A DNA stretch of 64,000 nt from positions 53,940,001 to 54,004,000 of the forward strand of contig OX597822.1 in NCBI GenBank assembly GCA_951406725.2, read 5' to 3'. A model generated the notes under the pieces. That model worked only from the letters and a program-made list of their open reading frames with translations. It ran no database searches and was not told the DNA's origin. Below are positions 12,211-25,090 of this stretch, piece by piece. Origin of the DNA: Octopus vulgaris (taxonomy: Eukaryota). Position 1 is the stretch's first letter. The number at the start of each line of letters is the position of its first letter. The position numbers and the translations under genes are program-made.

Positions 12211-15200
12211 TATGTGTCTGTACAACTATATATTTATAAATCTGTCTATCTTCCTTTGTATACAGGGTACAAAAAAAAAAAGCTCTCACTGGTGTAGTGC
12301 TAATGAAGTCTGGGAGGTGATAATGGTGTCATCTTGTTTTAATATTTTTACAGTTACCATTTCAACTTGGTCTAGTGCACATCTGCTCTGATTTCTGTAT
12401 CTGTCTGGATAAATGGGTATTTATTGATTGGTATAAAGTTTAGCTGCATGCTGTCCCATAATAAAACCAACTCTGAACATTTTTGAAACAATATTTATTT
12501 TGAAAGAAGTATATCACAGCACTTACATAGTTACATAATGGTTTGGTAGCAGTGTATTGTGGTCTGCTTGAAGTAAATGTAGTTTGTAATTGTATTACTA
12601 ACAAAAGAGAATAGCTTTATGTGTGAGGTAGGATTAATGTTCTGTCTATCCTAGTTGAAGAATCCTTTAACTTGGGATTGATCAGTAACTAAGGAAGCTT
12701 GTTTGTCTTTAAAGGGCTTGTTTCTTGTGCTTCTGAAGTGTGCTGCTCTTATGTGTTTATGATTAAGAAGTTGCTGGCTACTTACTTATGTGGTGAGAGA
12801 TGGAGATGATGTGTTCATGGTATGTGCTTGGAGAAGTGCATTGAAGATGAAGTATTTCTGTTAAGCATAGGTGGAGCGAGGTCCAAGAATCTTGTATTTG
12901 ACTGTCTTCTCTGAAATCTTCTCGAAGCTCTGCACTGATTCTGGTGTATTTTTGCTTTTATAAGCTCCATAATGCAGGAATCACATATAACATTCTACTA
13001 TATGGAATGATTTTCTAGCAAGTTGATTGGTTAATATCCAAGACACATCACTTGACTTAAATGTGGGCTGATCTTGGTTACTAAAGCTTTAATATTTCAA
13101 TTCTAGGCCTTGTTACAGTTGAAACGTTTATTAAGGAAAATACATCTGGAAAGTTTTTACTTTGCTGCACTTTGTATACGTCTTTATATCTATCTTTCTA
13201 TATATCTAAAATTCTTTTGTCTGTTAGTCTGCACACATTTACATACTCATATAGACATTCACAAATACCTTTACACTCACATGCACACACACACACGCAC
13301 ATGGGTATACACATAAACACATATGTATACATATACATATGTATACACACACATATACATATATGCACCTATATACAGATATATATATGTATAAGCAACA
13401 GGGTCCAGTGTAGGGAGGTGTGAGTGATCCTTTGATAGCATCATTTCTTACAAACACGTGAGTCAAAGTAGAAATATCTAGCGGTACTGTAGAAGAAATA
13501 GACTGGTCACAAGGAAGCATTGGTAGCAGGTCAACGAAGAATGACCTGAGTCGCGTGACGTAATGTGCGCAGTCCGAATTCGGTAAGTCGATGGGCACCA
13601 ATATTTGTCCAGGAAGTACTAAGGTGGTGCCTTACAGGAGCTTAGTGGAGCAGTAGCCTAAATCTTCCTTGACAGCTGAGTGGCACCCCAGCAAAACAAA
13701 GGGGAGAATGATGAGGATCAGGAGCTGTGCGAATGGTGGCTTTAAACTGGCAGTGGAATCATTCCACCATGCCATTCACAGTGGAATGGTAATTTGTGGT
13801 GTGGATGTACAGAACTCCAAGCAATCTCGAAAGTTCAGGCAACAGACAAGCTTCAAATTGGCGTCCACAACCAGTAGTAATTCTAGAGTGTACTCTGAAG
13901 CGAGATATCCACCCAGAGATGAGTGTTCTGGTGACTGTTTCCGCAGAAATGTCCACGAGGAGGATGGCTTCAGGCGATCTGAAAAAGTGGTCAATGCAGG
14001 TCAATATATAAATAAATCTACAACTGACTGGCCAAGGACCAACCAGGTCGATGTGTATGTGATGGAACGTGGTGTCCAGTGGCTGGAAGTGCCCAAGAGG
14101 TGCTCTCACATGATGATGCACCTTGAGACTCTGACATGGTAGACAGGTACATGACCAAGCAGTAATAGACCGATGTATATTCAGTCAGAAAAAGTGGGCT
14201 GAGATAAGCTTTACTGTAGCCGCAATGCCGGAGTGTGACAGTGAATGCAGTACTTCAAAAACAGCATGGCGGTGATGTTCAGGAACGAGGGGTCGGGGTG
14301 ACCCAGTAGAAACAACGCAGAGAATGGTTCCTTAGGAAAAAATGTAGAGGCAGGTGTTCAAACCTGCAGCATGAAAGCTGTGAAGAGACATCCAGAGAGT
14401 CCAAGGAGAGTTGGTCAGTAGCCATAGCAACCACATCAATCGAAGCAGGAGACGACAATGCACCGATAGGCAGGCGCGATAAGGCATCGGCAGGGATGTT
14501 GTCAGTGCCAGTGATGTGGTGAATGTCACTAGTGAACTGTGATATGTAGTCCAAATGCCTTGTTTCTCTAGGTGAGTACCAGTCCGTTATGGCAAATTGA
14601 GTGAATGTTAGCGGTTTGTGATCGGTGAAAATTGTGAAATCTCTACCTTCGAGAAGATGAGAGAAATGCTTCACCGCCAGGTAAATTGCTAAGAGTTCTT
14701 TATCAAACACTCTGTATCTTAATTCGGCATCTTTCAACTAGCGGGAAAAGAAGGCTGGTTGGCTTCAGCTGTTGACAGATTGCTCTAAAACTGTGGCAAT
14801 AGCGGATGATGACGCGTCGACAATGAGTGTCAATTTTGCATCTGCAATAGGATGAGCGAGGAAGGATGTGTGTGTAAGGTCAGCTTTGACAGATTCAAAA
14901 GCTTGGATGGCTGTAGGAGACAGCGTTATCAGGGAGTCTTTTTCTGTTGATCTCTCAAGAGCTGGATCAAGGGAAGCAACTTCTTCACACAGTTAGGAAT
15001 GAAACAACGATAATAATTAATTAAACCAATGAAATTTCTGAGCTGTTTTAAGGAAACAGGAGGAGACAAGCGTTTGATAGTTTGCACCTTAGAGGGAAGC
15101 AGACGAAAACCATTGGCGTCAGTGAGATACCTCAAGAATTCCAAACGAATACACACTTAACTGGATTGATCTTCACATCATAGGAACGTAGGCGCTTGAA

Positions 15201-17148
15201 CAGTTGGGCTAAGTATTGGAGGTGATGGTTTGGAGTACCACTGGCGATTAGAAGGTCATTGACGTATGTGAAGACAAAATCTAACCCATGAACGACCTTA
15301 TCAACGAATCATTGGAACGTGCTGGACGCATTGCAAAGACCAAACGGCATAGACAAAAATTTAAACGCTCAAAAAGGTGTGGTGACAGCTCTCTTTGGAA
15401 TGTCGCCGGGGTTGACAGGGATTTGGTGTTATGCGCATACCAAGTCGATTATAGATAAAATTTTGCAACTGTGCAGGGCAGGCGAAAAATCCTGCACATG
15501 TGGTATGGGATAGCGATCCGCAATAACGACAGTGTTAAGACATCTAAAATCTCCAACCGGGCGAAAATCAGCTTCATTCTTCATGGCCATGTGTAAAGGT
15601 GCTGCCCACGGGCTCGTGGAGGGACGAATAGGGCCCAGCTGGAGCATGTGCTCGAATGCAGCCCAGGCGATCCGGAGTTTCTCTGGAGACAAACGGCACG
15701 GTCGGGATAAAAAACTGGAGGTCCCTAAGTCGTGATGAAATGTCTCGTGGAATGGGCTGGATTCGACGGATGAAATGACAAATCAGTCAACTCTGGAAAT
15801 GAAGCAAGTAACTGGTGGTAGGAGTCACCTGAAGCACCAACGAAAAAAGAAGAGTTCACAACAGGAACAGAAGAATCCTTTCTGGAGACAGCAAGTGAAG
15901 TGGTGTCATCAATGAATCGGCGTCCTCTAACGTCCACAAGGGGAGAATAGTGATGTAAGAAATCAGCACCAAGGATGAGATAGGGCAGGTCCGCAATGAA
16001 GAAAATTCGCTTGAAATCCCTACGGATTAATAAATCCCGAGTAAGGGAGATTTGTCCGTAGGTTTTGATGGCGGAATGATTCACCGCAGAGAGAGAGAGA
16101 GGGAGAGAGAGAGAGAGAGAGAGAGAGTGAGTGAGTGAGAGAGAGAGTGAGAGAGAGAGAGTGAGTGAGAGAGAGAGACGTCGGAAAGACCAGGAGTGGT
16201 GGAAGTAAACCTTCGGGGTTAAATGCTTACACTGGAACCCGTGTCCATCATAAAGGACTTTGAAGAAATAGCATCTCGGATAAAAAAAAATGCACGGTAA
16301 GGTGAATCAATGGGGGAGACAACTGACGTGCCCAGCACCTCCCTGCCTAGTTTCCTGAGAAGAGTTAGAGCAGGGCTGTGTACACTTTTCGGCCCGGTCT
16401 TTGAATTTCCTATGGTACCAGCAAATTGAGGGCGCAGGAAGTGCGCGTGTGTGAAACCTAACGGGTCAGTTCTGCAATGGCCCGCAAGATTTCGGAGGAT
16501 TGTGTGTCGTCCGGAGCAGAAGAGGAGGACGAAGAAGCGAATTGAGGCAAGGGAAGAATACTTATCTTTAGACGTTAATAGTAAACGGAACACCACAAAG
16601 AACAAGATGGTTGAAAGAAACGGAAATAGCAATCGAAACACCCTAGTTGAAAGAAGACACGACGAGCAGCGAACTAGGAATTTTCTTCTTTCAGTAGCAG
16701 AGGATGAAATAGAAGTCCTTGCCAACGGATGAACAAAATATGGCCAACACGTGGGTAGGGTTGAGAGAGAGAGAAACTCATACTTAGCACGTAGGAACAA
16801 TTGTTGCCCATGTGAATTCTGGAGAAAAGTCCGGATAATTTTCTCTTCTTTTTTTTTCTTTCCATGCCAAATGAAGATTCCCCTAGGAAGCTGTGTCTTC
16901 GAAGGTCGAAATTGTAAATTCAGTTACAACACGAGGAAAAAATGATGTGCAGTTTCCCGCTTGAAAATGGCGCCAATTTTTTCTGGTGAAGAAGGCAATA
17001 TGGCGACGAGAGAGATCAGTGGTATGTTCCTATACAATGAATGGCGGTCTGGTCGCGTAGACGAAGTCGAGAAGGAGAAAAAATACATATCCACTGCTCA
17101 GAAATTCGTCTGGGGTTCACCATTTTAGAAGGAATTGTGGTCTGTGCT

Positions 17149-17162
17149 GCGTCGGGTCACCA
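17149..17162 (-). promoter_or_regulatory. Primer binding site complementary to the tRNA-Trp 3' end
   Basis: Minus strand TGGTGACCCGACG versus the expected TGGTGACCCCGACG for eukaryotic tRNA-Trp (...CGUCGGGGUCACCA). Confidence 0.7.
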
Positions 17163-17316
17163 TTTTAGATGGCTGTTTGAATAAAGGTTGTGGAGTCATC
17201 TAAAGGTTAACTCCTTCAGAAGGCTGTAATATCATTTGATAGGAACACGGTACAAAGAAATACATAGAACAAGACTGTAACTTTAAATACTATTAATGTC
17301 GGCCTCACACACACAC

Positions 17317-17348
<32 letters not shown>

Positions 17349-17578
17349 GTTGAATGATAAACGAAAGGAGTTTGATGCTTGGAGGCCATGATCTGTGCGT
17401 TACCTCCTGTCTGCTAGTCGCCACGTGTCGTAAGAGAGCCAACTAGACTATGTACTTGCTGTCCGACGTCCAAATGCCAAAAGAGGAAGAGGTGAGTGTC
17501 TGAACCTTAATGTTGCGTGTGCCCTTTATTGGCCAGCTAATTAGGCAGCCGCCGTCAGGGGAGGCAACTGTGTCTACA
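17163..17578 (-). repeat. Putative 5' LTR of the gypsy element
   Basis: Starts TGTAG at 17578 next to microsatellite DNA and ends next to a PBS. No second LTR is present to confirm the boundaries. Confidence 0.55.
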
Positions 17579-17724
17579 TACATCCATCCATCCATCCATC
17601 CATACATACATGTATTTATGCTTATTGATATATGCATATATATATGTATACATATGTATGTATGGATATATATATATATATATTGTGTGTGTATGTATAT
17701 ACATACATATACATACATATATAT

Positions 17725-17793
<69 letters not shown>

Positions 17794-17949
17794 CATATAT
17801 TAGCATTAAAGACCCATCGTTGCCGGGTCATAGTGCTAGTGCATGTATATATGTGTACATATTACATGTACATCTATATATATACATCTACACATAAAAT
17901 ACAAAATACAAAGTTATATCTTGATATTGCTAGTGATAACAATACTAAA

Positions 17950-18330
17950 AATATATAACAGACTGGAATTGTTAGCCCGTCTCTTGTAATTTCGATCAAT
18001 TGCATCTTGTCCTCCCTCTTGTATAGAAGTGTGGCTACAATCCAGCCTACCTCTACTTCTGGGGCGGGGGGCATTAAAATTTTTTTCCGGGACGTCCTAT
18101 GTCCCAGATATAAAGGTAAAATAAAATATTTCCACTTTGCAAGTTCGAGTCGAGTACTCCCTTGCACGCTCCGTTGACTCGAACCTTGCTTCTATTGTGA
18201 CGAATTTACCGCCTCTGATTAGATACCTTTCATAGTCGCACCAAGACACTTTTCGAAGGTACTTTCCTCCATGTGTTCAAATCTTTTTTCTCTACATTGT
18301 ATACTTTATAGACAATAGTCTTTTCTTTAA
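17950..18330 (-). mobile_element. Probable non-LTR retrotransposon ORF1 fragment
   Basis: Frameshifted coding-like text: EKTIVYKVYNVEKK...FEKCLG...YLIRGGKFVTIEARFESTERAREYST...ILPLYLGHRTSR...PEVEVGWIVATLL. No splice signals. Family assignment is from memory only. Confidence 0.45.
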
Positions 18331-18569
18331 TTTAATTTTTTTATTATCCATCTGGACTATTCCATTTCTGCAGGCTAATTTTATTCTTAATTTATTCCCA
18401 TTCATGTGAAAGCACTTATTCAAGTTCAAATCCTTGATGCAATTTTATACTAATTGCTATTTTTACTTTTGTTATGTTACGATTATATTATACTTTAGTT
18501 TGATTTTAATTATTACTTACTACATATAATTCAATTGTTATTATTATTTTTATTGTTAAAGTGAAAGTA

Positions 18570-18959
18570 TCTGACATAAAATAGAGAAACGTTTTTGTTT
18601 CACTTTTAACACGTAATACTGAAATAGTGGAGAAGATATGATATTGCTATGGGCTCGCTCTAGGCAAGAAGTTGAACATTTCTTTTGCCCATGAAACTAC
18701 ATGGACCCTAAGTAAGGCATGTGTAAAATTTGAATGGAATTGGTTGTGTAGTTCTCAAGTTTTAGGGAATCGTAGTGAAGAAGATATGATATTGCTGTGG
18801 GCTCACCCTAAGCAAAAAGTTAAAAAAATTTTGCCGATGACACTCCCCGGACTCTAAGTAAGGCATGTGTAAAATTTGAATGAAATTGGTTGTGTAGTTC
18901 TCAAGTTTTAGGGAAACACACAGACAGACAGACAGACACACATTCTCAATTTTATATAA

Positions 18960-18962
<3 letters not shown>
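18570..18962 (-). mobile_element. Helitron-like non-autonomous element, 5' part, with an internal ~150-bp tandem duplication
   Basis: Minus strand starts TCTTTATATAAAA. 18626-18765 is repeated at 18775-18915. A homologue lies on + at about 29035-29250. Confidence 0.55.
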
Positions 18963-19029
<67 letters not shown>

Positions 19030-19447
19030 CAAAATGGGACAAGAACGCAAAACATCCGGACAACTAGGTGATGCAAAAAGGGACAACAAAACATCCAGAT
19101 AGACGATACAAAAATACAAGGACGGGTCATTCGAAGCCTATTATCCTCAGTCAGGAGCCAGATCATCCTCGCAATTTCGGCTGATTAATCTTGAAAATTC
19201 CTATAATATATATGTGTGTGTGTGTGCTTGTCTGAGTTTGTACCTCCACCATTGCTTGACAACCGATGTTGATTTGTTTACGTTCCGATAACTAAGCGGT
19301 TCGCCAAAAGACACTGATAGAATAAGTATTAGGTTTACAAAGAATGAAGCCTGTGGTTGAGTCTTTTGACCAAAGGCGGTGCTCCAGCACAGCCGCAGTC
19401 ACAAGACTGAAGCAAGTAAAACAATAAAAGAATTATGCCATTTTAAT

Positions 19448-19475
19448 CCCGAACAAGGCCGGGTATCTCTGCTAG
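19448..19475 (+). mobile_element. Isolated Helitron-type 3' terminus
   Basis: Hairpin CCCGaacaaggcCGGG, then CTAG followed by T. Similar termini at 17812-17839 and 51116-51148. Confidence 0.5.
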
Positions 19476-20506
19476 TATATAATAAAGGGGAAAGGTATTT
19501 CACTCGAGTGTACGCTACAGATATTTAGTTTCTGTATAAGCATTCTATGTTCCTAGTTTTAACACACAAAGGTACAAAGCTGAATGTTTATTGTGTACAG
19601 AACTGTGTTTATTACAAAAGAGATCATTATCAATGAAAGTTATAATTCAATAGCTGCCGTCTAGCACATTAACTTACTGCCCCGTTTATTTCTCAACCAA
19701 CGAGGCACTGCGTCAAGCAAATACTATACAAATGTTTTTTTTGTCCCATCTTATAAATTCATGTCTAGTCATGCGAACATCCTGGTGTATACTCAGCCGT
19801 CTAAAAAATGAATGAATGCTGTGGATAATGTACTCCTGTGTATTAAATTCATTTCTTGTCTCCACTTACATATAAAATACCCAACACCTGATTAATAGAT
19901 AATACAAAACACCCACTAACAAACCAGCTGTCCCGAAGTTCGCTTAGCTGATATGTATAAAAGTAAGGTTTCCAAAATGAGGAATTCCTCCGAATGGAGC
20001 TGCGTAAGCCAATGGGCTTTGTCGGATGGAAAATTCCTCTCAAATAGCACTATTGTATTAAACACATGGCACTCTTCAGAATTACATAGACGGTCACATC
20101 AAGCAAATACTACTTCATCCTCTCTACTCTTGGACAACACGCAACTAAAAACCTTCAAAGTTAAACTCTATAATTGCTGCTGGTCTTTACTGTCTATCTA
20201 ACAGTCGTAACATAACAGAAACCATGACCCAAAGAGTAGGCGCCTTCATCCTTCATCCACGAACAACTACTGACTCTCTACAAAGCTCAATGTGGGAACA
20301 GTGACTGCTATATTCATAACAATTCAAGCTTTATGTTCAATTTAACACCGACTGATAGACAAGGACTCACTCACATACATATTCAGATTTCTAGCTCACA
20401 GATGCACTGTCTCCACATACTGTTTTTTTTCTTTCATTATTATATTGACCTCTGTTCCCGTACTACTTCCCCTTCCTGTCTTTTCTTCGGTTACTATAAT
20501 GGTCTC

Positions 20507-20797
20507 GGAGACGGTGCATGGCTTAGTAGTTAGGGTACTGTACTCACGGTGGCAAGACCAAGGTTTCAGTTCCCAAACCGAGTGGTGCGTCGTTCTTGAA
20601 CAACACACTTCATCTCATGTTGCTCTGCGATCACTTTGATACCTGACATGTAATACACAGTGCATCTGTTCGGGAAACTCCAGTTTGATGGAAGGACTGA
20701 GATAATGTACAACACAGGAATATGATCACTACAAACAAATCATTTGTGCAAGTTGTTCGCAAGAAATTGCAGAACCGTCTTTCTCGGACTACAAGAG
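20507..20797 (+). mobile_element. tRNA-derived SINE
   Basis: Head catggcttagtagttagggtactg...ggtttcagttccc. The tail is shared with the minus-strand copy at about 39750-40052. Confidence 0.6.
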
Positions 20798-21620
20798 ACT
20801 ACTATCAATCACAACGGCCTCTATTCCTGAGTACTTCCTAGTTGCATATCATCACCCAATTGCACCCAACGCATTTATCTCTTTTCTTTTCAGCACATTC
20901 TGTGTCACCCTGCTGTTCCAACTCACTTCTATTCCCAGTCATTTCCCAATGAACGTCAACCCTTTTACAGTTTCCTTCTCACCATATTATTCCTGTAGCT
21001 GTTCAAGCTAAACACCAGCCTCGTCATTTCGTCCAGTCTTGGACAACCTACAGAAATCAGACGCAATTCTATTCTCCTGACAAACACCACAAAAATATAT
21101 GTACAGTTATTTTATGTGCACTAAATCGTAATTGGATTTGGAGCCGTTATGTACGTGATTAAGTATCAAAATTATAGAAACATTAAGCTGAGATAAATAG
21201 ATTATGAAACATCTGTCACCATATGAAATATCTAGTAGCTATCAGTGTGTTTATATAAAAAAATTACATGAAGGCTTATCTTGTTTTCTTTATTTCTACT
21301 TCATTTGTCCATTTAACAAATTGCCAAACCTTGATTTATTAAATATATATGTGCATCTATCCATTTGCCATTTAAACATGCATGACTAAATTTTCGTAGG
21401 AGGCTGTCTCGATTCTGCTAATGCAACGGGAAGGCTTACAGGTGGACGATCAGTGAGTTGGAAATAGCAGAAATATCTCTTTTCAGTATGCAAGCGAGAA
21501 TATTACACTGCACTGGAACGGATGGACGATGCGAATAGAGGATAATAGTTGGCCAAAGAAGTATGTATGTATGTAATTATATATATCACACACCTTTTCA
21601 AACCTTAGTAGGCAGATACC

Positions 21621-21851
21621 TATTTCTTTACTACACACAAGAGGCTAAACACAGAGAGGACAAACAAGGACAAACAAACGGATTAAGTCGATTATATCGA
21701 ACCCAGTGCGTAACTGGTACTTATTTAATCGACCCCGAAAGGATGAAAGGCAAAGTCGACCTCGGCGGAATTTGAACTCAGAACGTAGCGGCAGACGAAA
21801 TTCTGCTAAGCATTTCGCCCGGCGTACTAACGTTTCTGCCAGCTCGCCGCC
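21621..21851 (-). mobile_element. Young family-B SINE with a 16-bp TSD
   Basis: ttagtaggcagatacc (21605-21620) and ttagtaggcaaatacc (21854-21869) flank a complete copy. Confidence 0.85.
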
Positions 21852-22334
21852 CTTTAGTAGGCAAATACCCATACACATCCTGACTCATTCTCAACCATTC
21901 CCAACATATACAATAGAGAGGAGGGAAAGAGAGAACACAAAGTCTTGTAGGCAAGAAAACTCCACCATCAACTATTCCAACAACAACACCTTAAGAAACC
22001 AGTCAAGGGACCATCACAATGATATTGAAAACAACAATAACAATTATAAGGATTTCTTTATTTGCCACAGGAACATCAGATGAGGACACTACAGGGACAG
22101 TTAGTAATTTGTGTGTGGAAGGTTTACATAAACGGTAAGGGAACGAAGGGAGAAGAAGGGGAAATGAAATAAAAATATGTGGATGTGCGGTAAGAAGCTT
22201 GCTTCCCAACCACTTAGTTCAGGGTTCAGTCCCACTGTGTGGCACTTTGGGAAAATGTCTTCTACTATAGCCTCGGGCCGAGCAAAGCTTTGTGAGTGGA
22301 TTTGGTTGACGGAAACTGAAAGAAGTCCGTCGTA

Positions 22335-22523
22335 TCGCCATGATAGATCGTTAGCCACTACACACATTGTTTTCTCTCCTTGATTTTTCTGTGTACCTTT
22401 CTGTAGAAGAGCGTAGGCTCGAAACGTAAAAGACTCTTTCTATTCCTGAGCGTTATACTCATACATCTGTTTGTTTTGTACACTACCTGTATTCGTCTTT
22501 TGTTTTTTTTCGTAAACTTTCCC
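22335..22523 (+). mobile_element. ~190-bp hammerhead-bearing element (core mutated)
   Basis: 22397-22432 reads CTTT-CTGTAGA-AGAGC-GTAG-GCTC-GAAA-CGTA-AAAG. Inserted at the TA-microsatellite position of a family-A SINE. Confidence 0.7.
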
Positions 22524-22797
22524 TATATATATATATTGTGTAAAAATAAAATATATGCATACATACATACATACATATATGTACGTACCTACATCTACAT
22601 GTATATACACATGCATATATAAATATATATATACGTGAGTACAGGACACCACAAATAGACGTAGAACTCAACGAGAAACGAAAACGTAAAAACAAACGTG
22701 GAAACGGACCTAAACGAAAAAAACAGAGTACAAGACAAACTACACAAGGAAAAATCCCCTTCATCAGCTGTCCCTAGTTCAACTCCAGCGTGTTTCG

Positions 22798-22848
<51 letters not shown>

Positions 22849-23098
22849 GTGTGTTCCTCCACCACCGCTTGACAACCGAATCTGGTGTATTTACATCTCT
22901 ATAAATTAACAGTTCGGCAAGAGAGACCTGTAGAACTTATAATAGATAAGGACTGAGGTTGATACATTCGACTAAAAATTCCCCAAGGCGGTGCCCCGAC
23001 ATGGCCACAGTCTGATGACTGAAACAAAAGATAAAATGATAATATACAAAATATGTGAGCTCATTTATGATGCATTCCTCCTGTTATAAGGAAACCTC

Positions 23099-23271
23099 GG
23101 ATCTTTTCGTAAAAATTAAACTACGTTTAAGTTACGAATAACAATTTTGTTTTCAATTTTGTTTACAATAATGTTTTCTTTTGACACATTCTAACAGTAT
23201 ACGAAGTTTCAAATTTTTTAGATAACTAGGAAAATCTGGCCTTCAAAATGAAAAGATCAATGAAAAGATCC
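23099..23271. mobile_element. MITE with GG-starting TIRs and an 8-bp TSD (Merlin-like)
   Basis: TIR GGATCTTTTC / GAAAAGATCC. TSD GAAACCTC at 23091-23098 and 23272-23279. A related, 5'-truncated longer element is at about 23701-24107. Confidence 0.7.
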
Positions 23272-23279
23272 GAAACCTC

Positions 23280-23635
23280 TCTTTTACTCTTTTACTTGTT
23301 TCAGTCATTTGACTGCGGCTATGCTGGAGCACTGCCTTTAGTCGAGCAAATCGACCCCGGGACTTATTCTTTGTAAGCTAGGTGACGGGGACATAAACAC
23401 ACCAGCATCGGTTGTCAAGCAATGCTAGGGGGACAAACACAGACACACAAACATACACACATACATATATACAACGGGCTTCTTTGAGTTTCCGTCTACC
23501 AAATCTACTCACAAGACTTTGGTCGGCCCGAGGCTTTAGAAGAAGACACTTGCCCAAGATGCCACGCAGTGGGACTGAACCCGGAACCATGTGGTTGGTA
23601 AGCAAGCTACTTACCACACAGCCACTCCTGCGCCT
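23280..23635 (-). mobile_element. Family-A SINE
   Basis: Reverse complement of the 11817 copy, with an internal deletion. Confidence 0.8.
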
Positions 23636-24730
23636 ATGGCCAGTCAAGGAACTCCACACATTCAGGGTCACACTAATGACCAAGGGTACAAGCCTTCGCC
23701 CAACGGCCGTTTTTTCTAGCGGTGTCATATGAAATTGTCACCCATAATTATGACCCTAGTATCGATCTATTGCATTTCAATCTATTTTAGATTTAGGGTT
23801 AGTTAGGGTTAGGGGTGGGGGAAGGGTATCTTTTTTTTCAAAAATGTAAATAAACCCAATCTGTTTCTTAAACGAGGGACATATTCATACGGCACAGAAT
23901 GTTGTTTACGTCAATGGACGTAATTGATTGGTTGAAATTGCTGAAATTGAAGAAAATATCTTACAAATATCTTACAAACTACAGAATTTTCTCAAGAAAG
24001 CCAAGAGAAAATGATGATAAACTCATTCTACCAGTATACAAAGTTAAAATTTTTTTAGTTACCTAGAAATTATGTTAAAAATTGCCGTTCAAACCGAAAA
24101 GATTCCCATTGTTCTCTAATCAACAGACACAAACATAGACTAGATTCATTCACCCTAATCATATTTGCCACAATCATCTACCTTTTGACAAATACACAGG
24201 GCGAGAGTACTTCCCTCTACTGTATCTTTCCCGAAGAATGGATATTCAGGTTTTGTATAAAATCGGTAACAATAGAAATGGAGCCTACCGTGAAGAGAGT
24301 GTTGTCTGATAGAAGACTTCACGAATCACAAATGATCTTCGACCGTCACCAAAGTTAAGTTTTGCGCGTGGGGCAGGAGCACGTGGAGGTCCGTTATCAC
24401 CAAGAACTGAAGGCATGATACGCGAAGATGTATATATGTACACACACACACACATCCATGTATATAGTATCCATATGCAAAGAGATGCTCCGCTATGAAC
24501 GGACACTTAGGCGGAGGTGGAAAAGAGGAGAGGGGGAACTCCCTGAATCATCATCATCATATCCTCCTCCTCACAGTGTCAAATCTTGAAAAATGCATAT
24601 TTGGCGCGGTGAGAACATCCTGGAATTTTCTGGGAATCGAAACAATGATCTCGGAATCGTGATTGCAACACCTCAACCACTACACCATGTATGTACGTAT
24701 GTTTGTATGTATGTATGTATGTATATATGT

Positions 24731-25018
24731 GACCGTGACCAACCAGGCTATCAGATGTTGTCACAATGCGCTTCGCATTGTTTTAGCCTTCAAATGACGC
24801 CACCCCGCTGGCTAAGCGAGCAGACCAACAGAAGAAAGAGTGAGAGAAAATTGTGGCGAAAGAGTACAGCAGGGATCGCCCCCACCCCCTGCCGGAGCTT
24901 CGTGGAGCTTTAGGTATTTTCGCTCAAGAAACACTCACAACGCCCGGTCTGGGAATCGAAACCGCGATCCTACAACCGCTTGTCCGCTGCCCTAACCACT
25001 GGGCCATTGCGCCTCCAC
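24731..25018 (-). mobile_element. tRNA-derived SINE, family C
   Basis: Minus head ggaggcgcaatggcccagtggttagggc...ggtttcgattccc, about 70 bp into the intron after aquaporin exon B. Confidence 0.75.
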
Positions 25019-25090
25019 ATATATGTATGTATGTATGTATAAAATATATGTATGTATGCGTTAAAAATGAGGTAATAGAGCAATACTTAC

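Larger units (their letters stand above)
13391..17578 (-). mobile_element. Decayed Ty3/gypsy LTR retrotransposon (5' LTR-PBS-gag-PR-RT-RH-IN), 3' end missing
   Basis: gag knuckle CWYHRKFKDRAEKCTQPC. Protease FMMDTGSSVSI. RT SPWAAPLHM, DFRCLN, DRYPIP, YVNDLL. RNase H DKELLAIY, TDHKPL, NIPADALSR. Integrase HHCC, HIDLVGP, NGMVE, PPYTGP. Many stops and frameshifts. Confidence 0.95.

Noticed and set aside
12250-13090. Decayed LINE RT or host exons (also 5860-6400 and 43980-44280)
   Set aside because: Coding-like texture but no convincing motif or splice-bounded ORF.
13669-14142. Plus-strand 157-aa ORF (also 16451-16732 and the antisense ORFs over the aquaporin exons)
   Set aside because: Antisense shadows of the gypsy integrase/gag and aquaporin coding sequences.
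18139-18189. Hairpin gcaagttcgagtc...gactcgaaccttgc as a pre-miRNA
   Set aside because: The stem is only about 13 bp and lies within a retroelement ORF remnant.
23790-23820. Interstitial telomere (TTAGGG)
   Set aside because: Only 2-3 imperfect units, inside a MITE.
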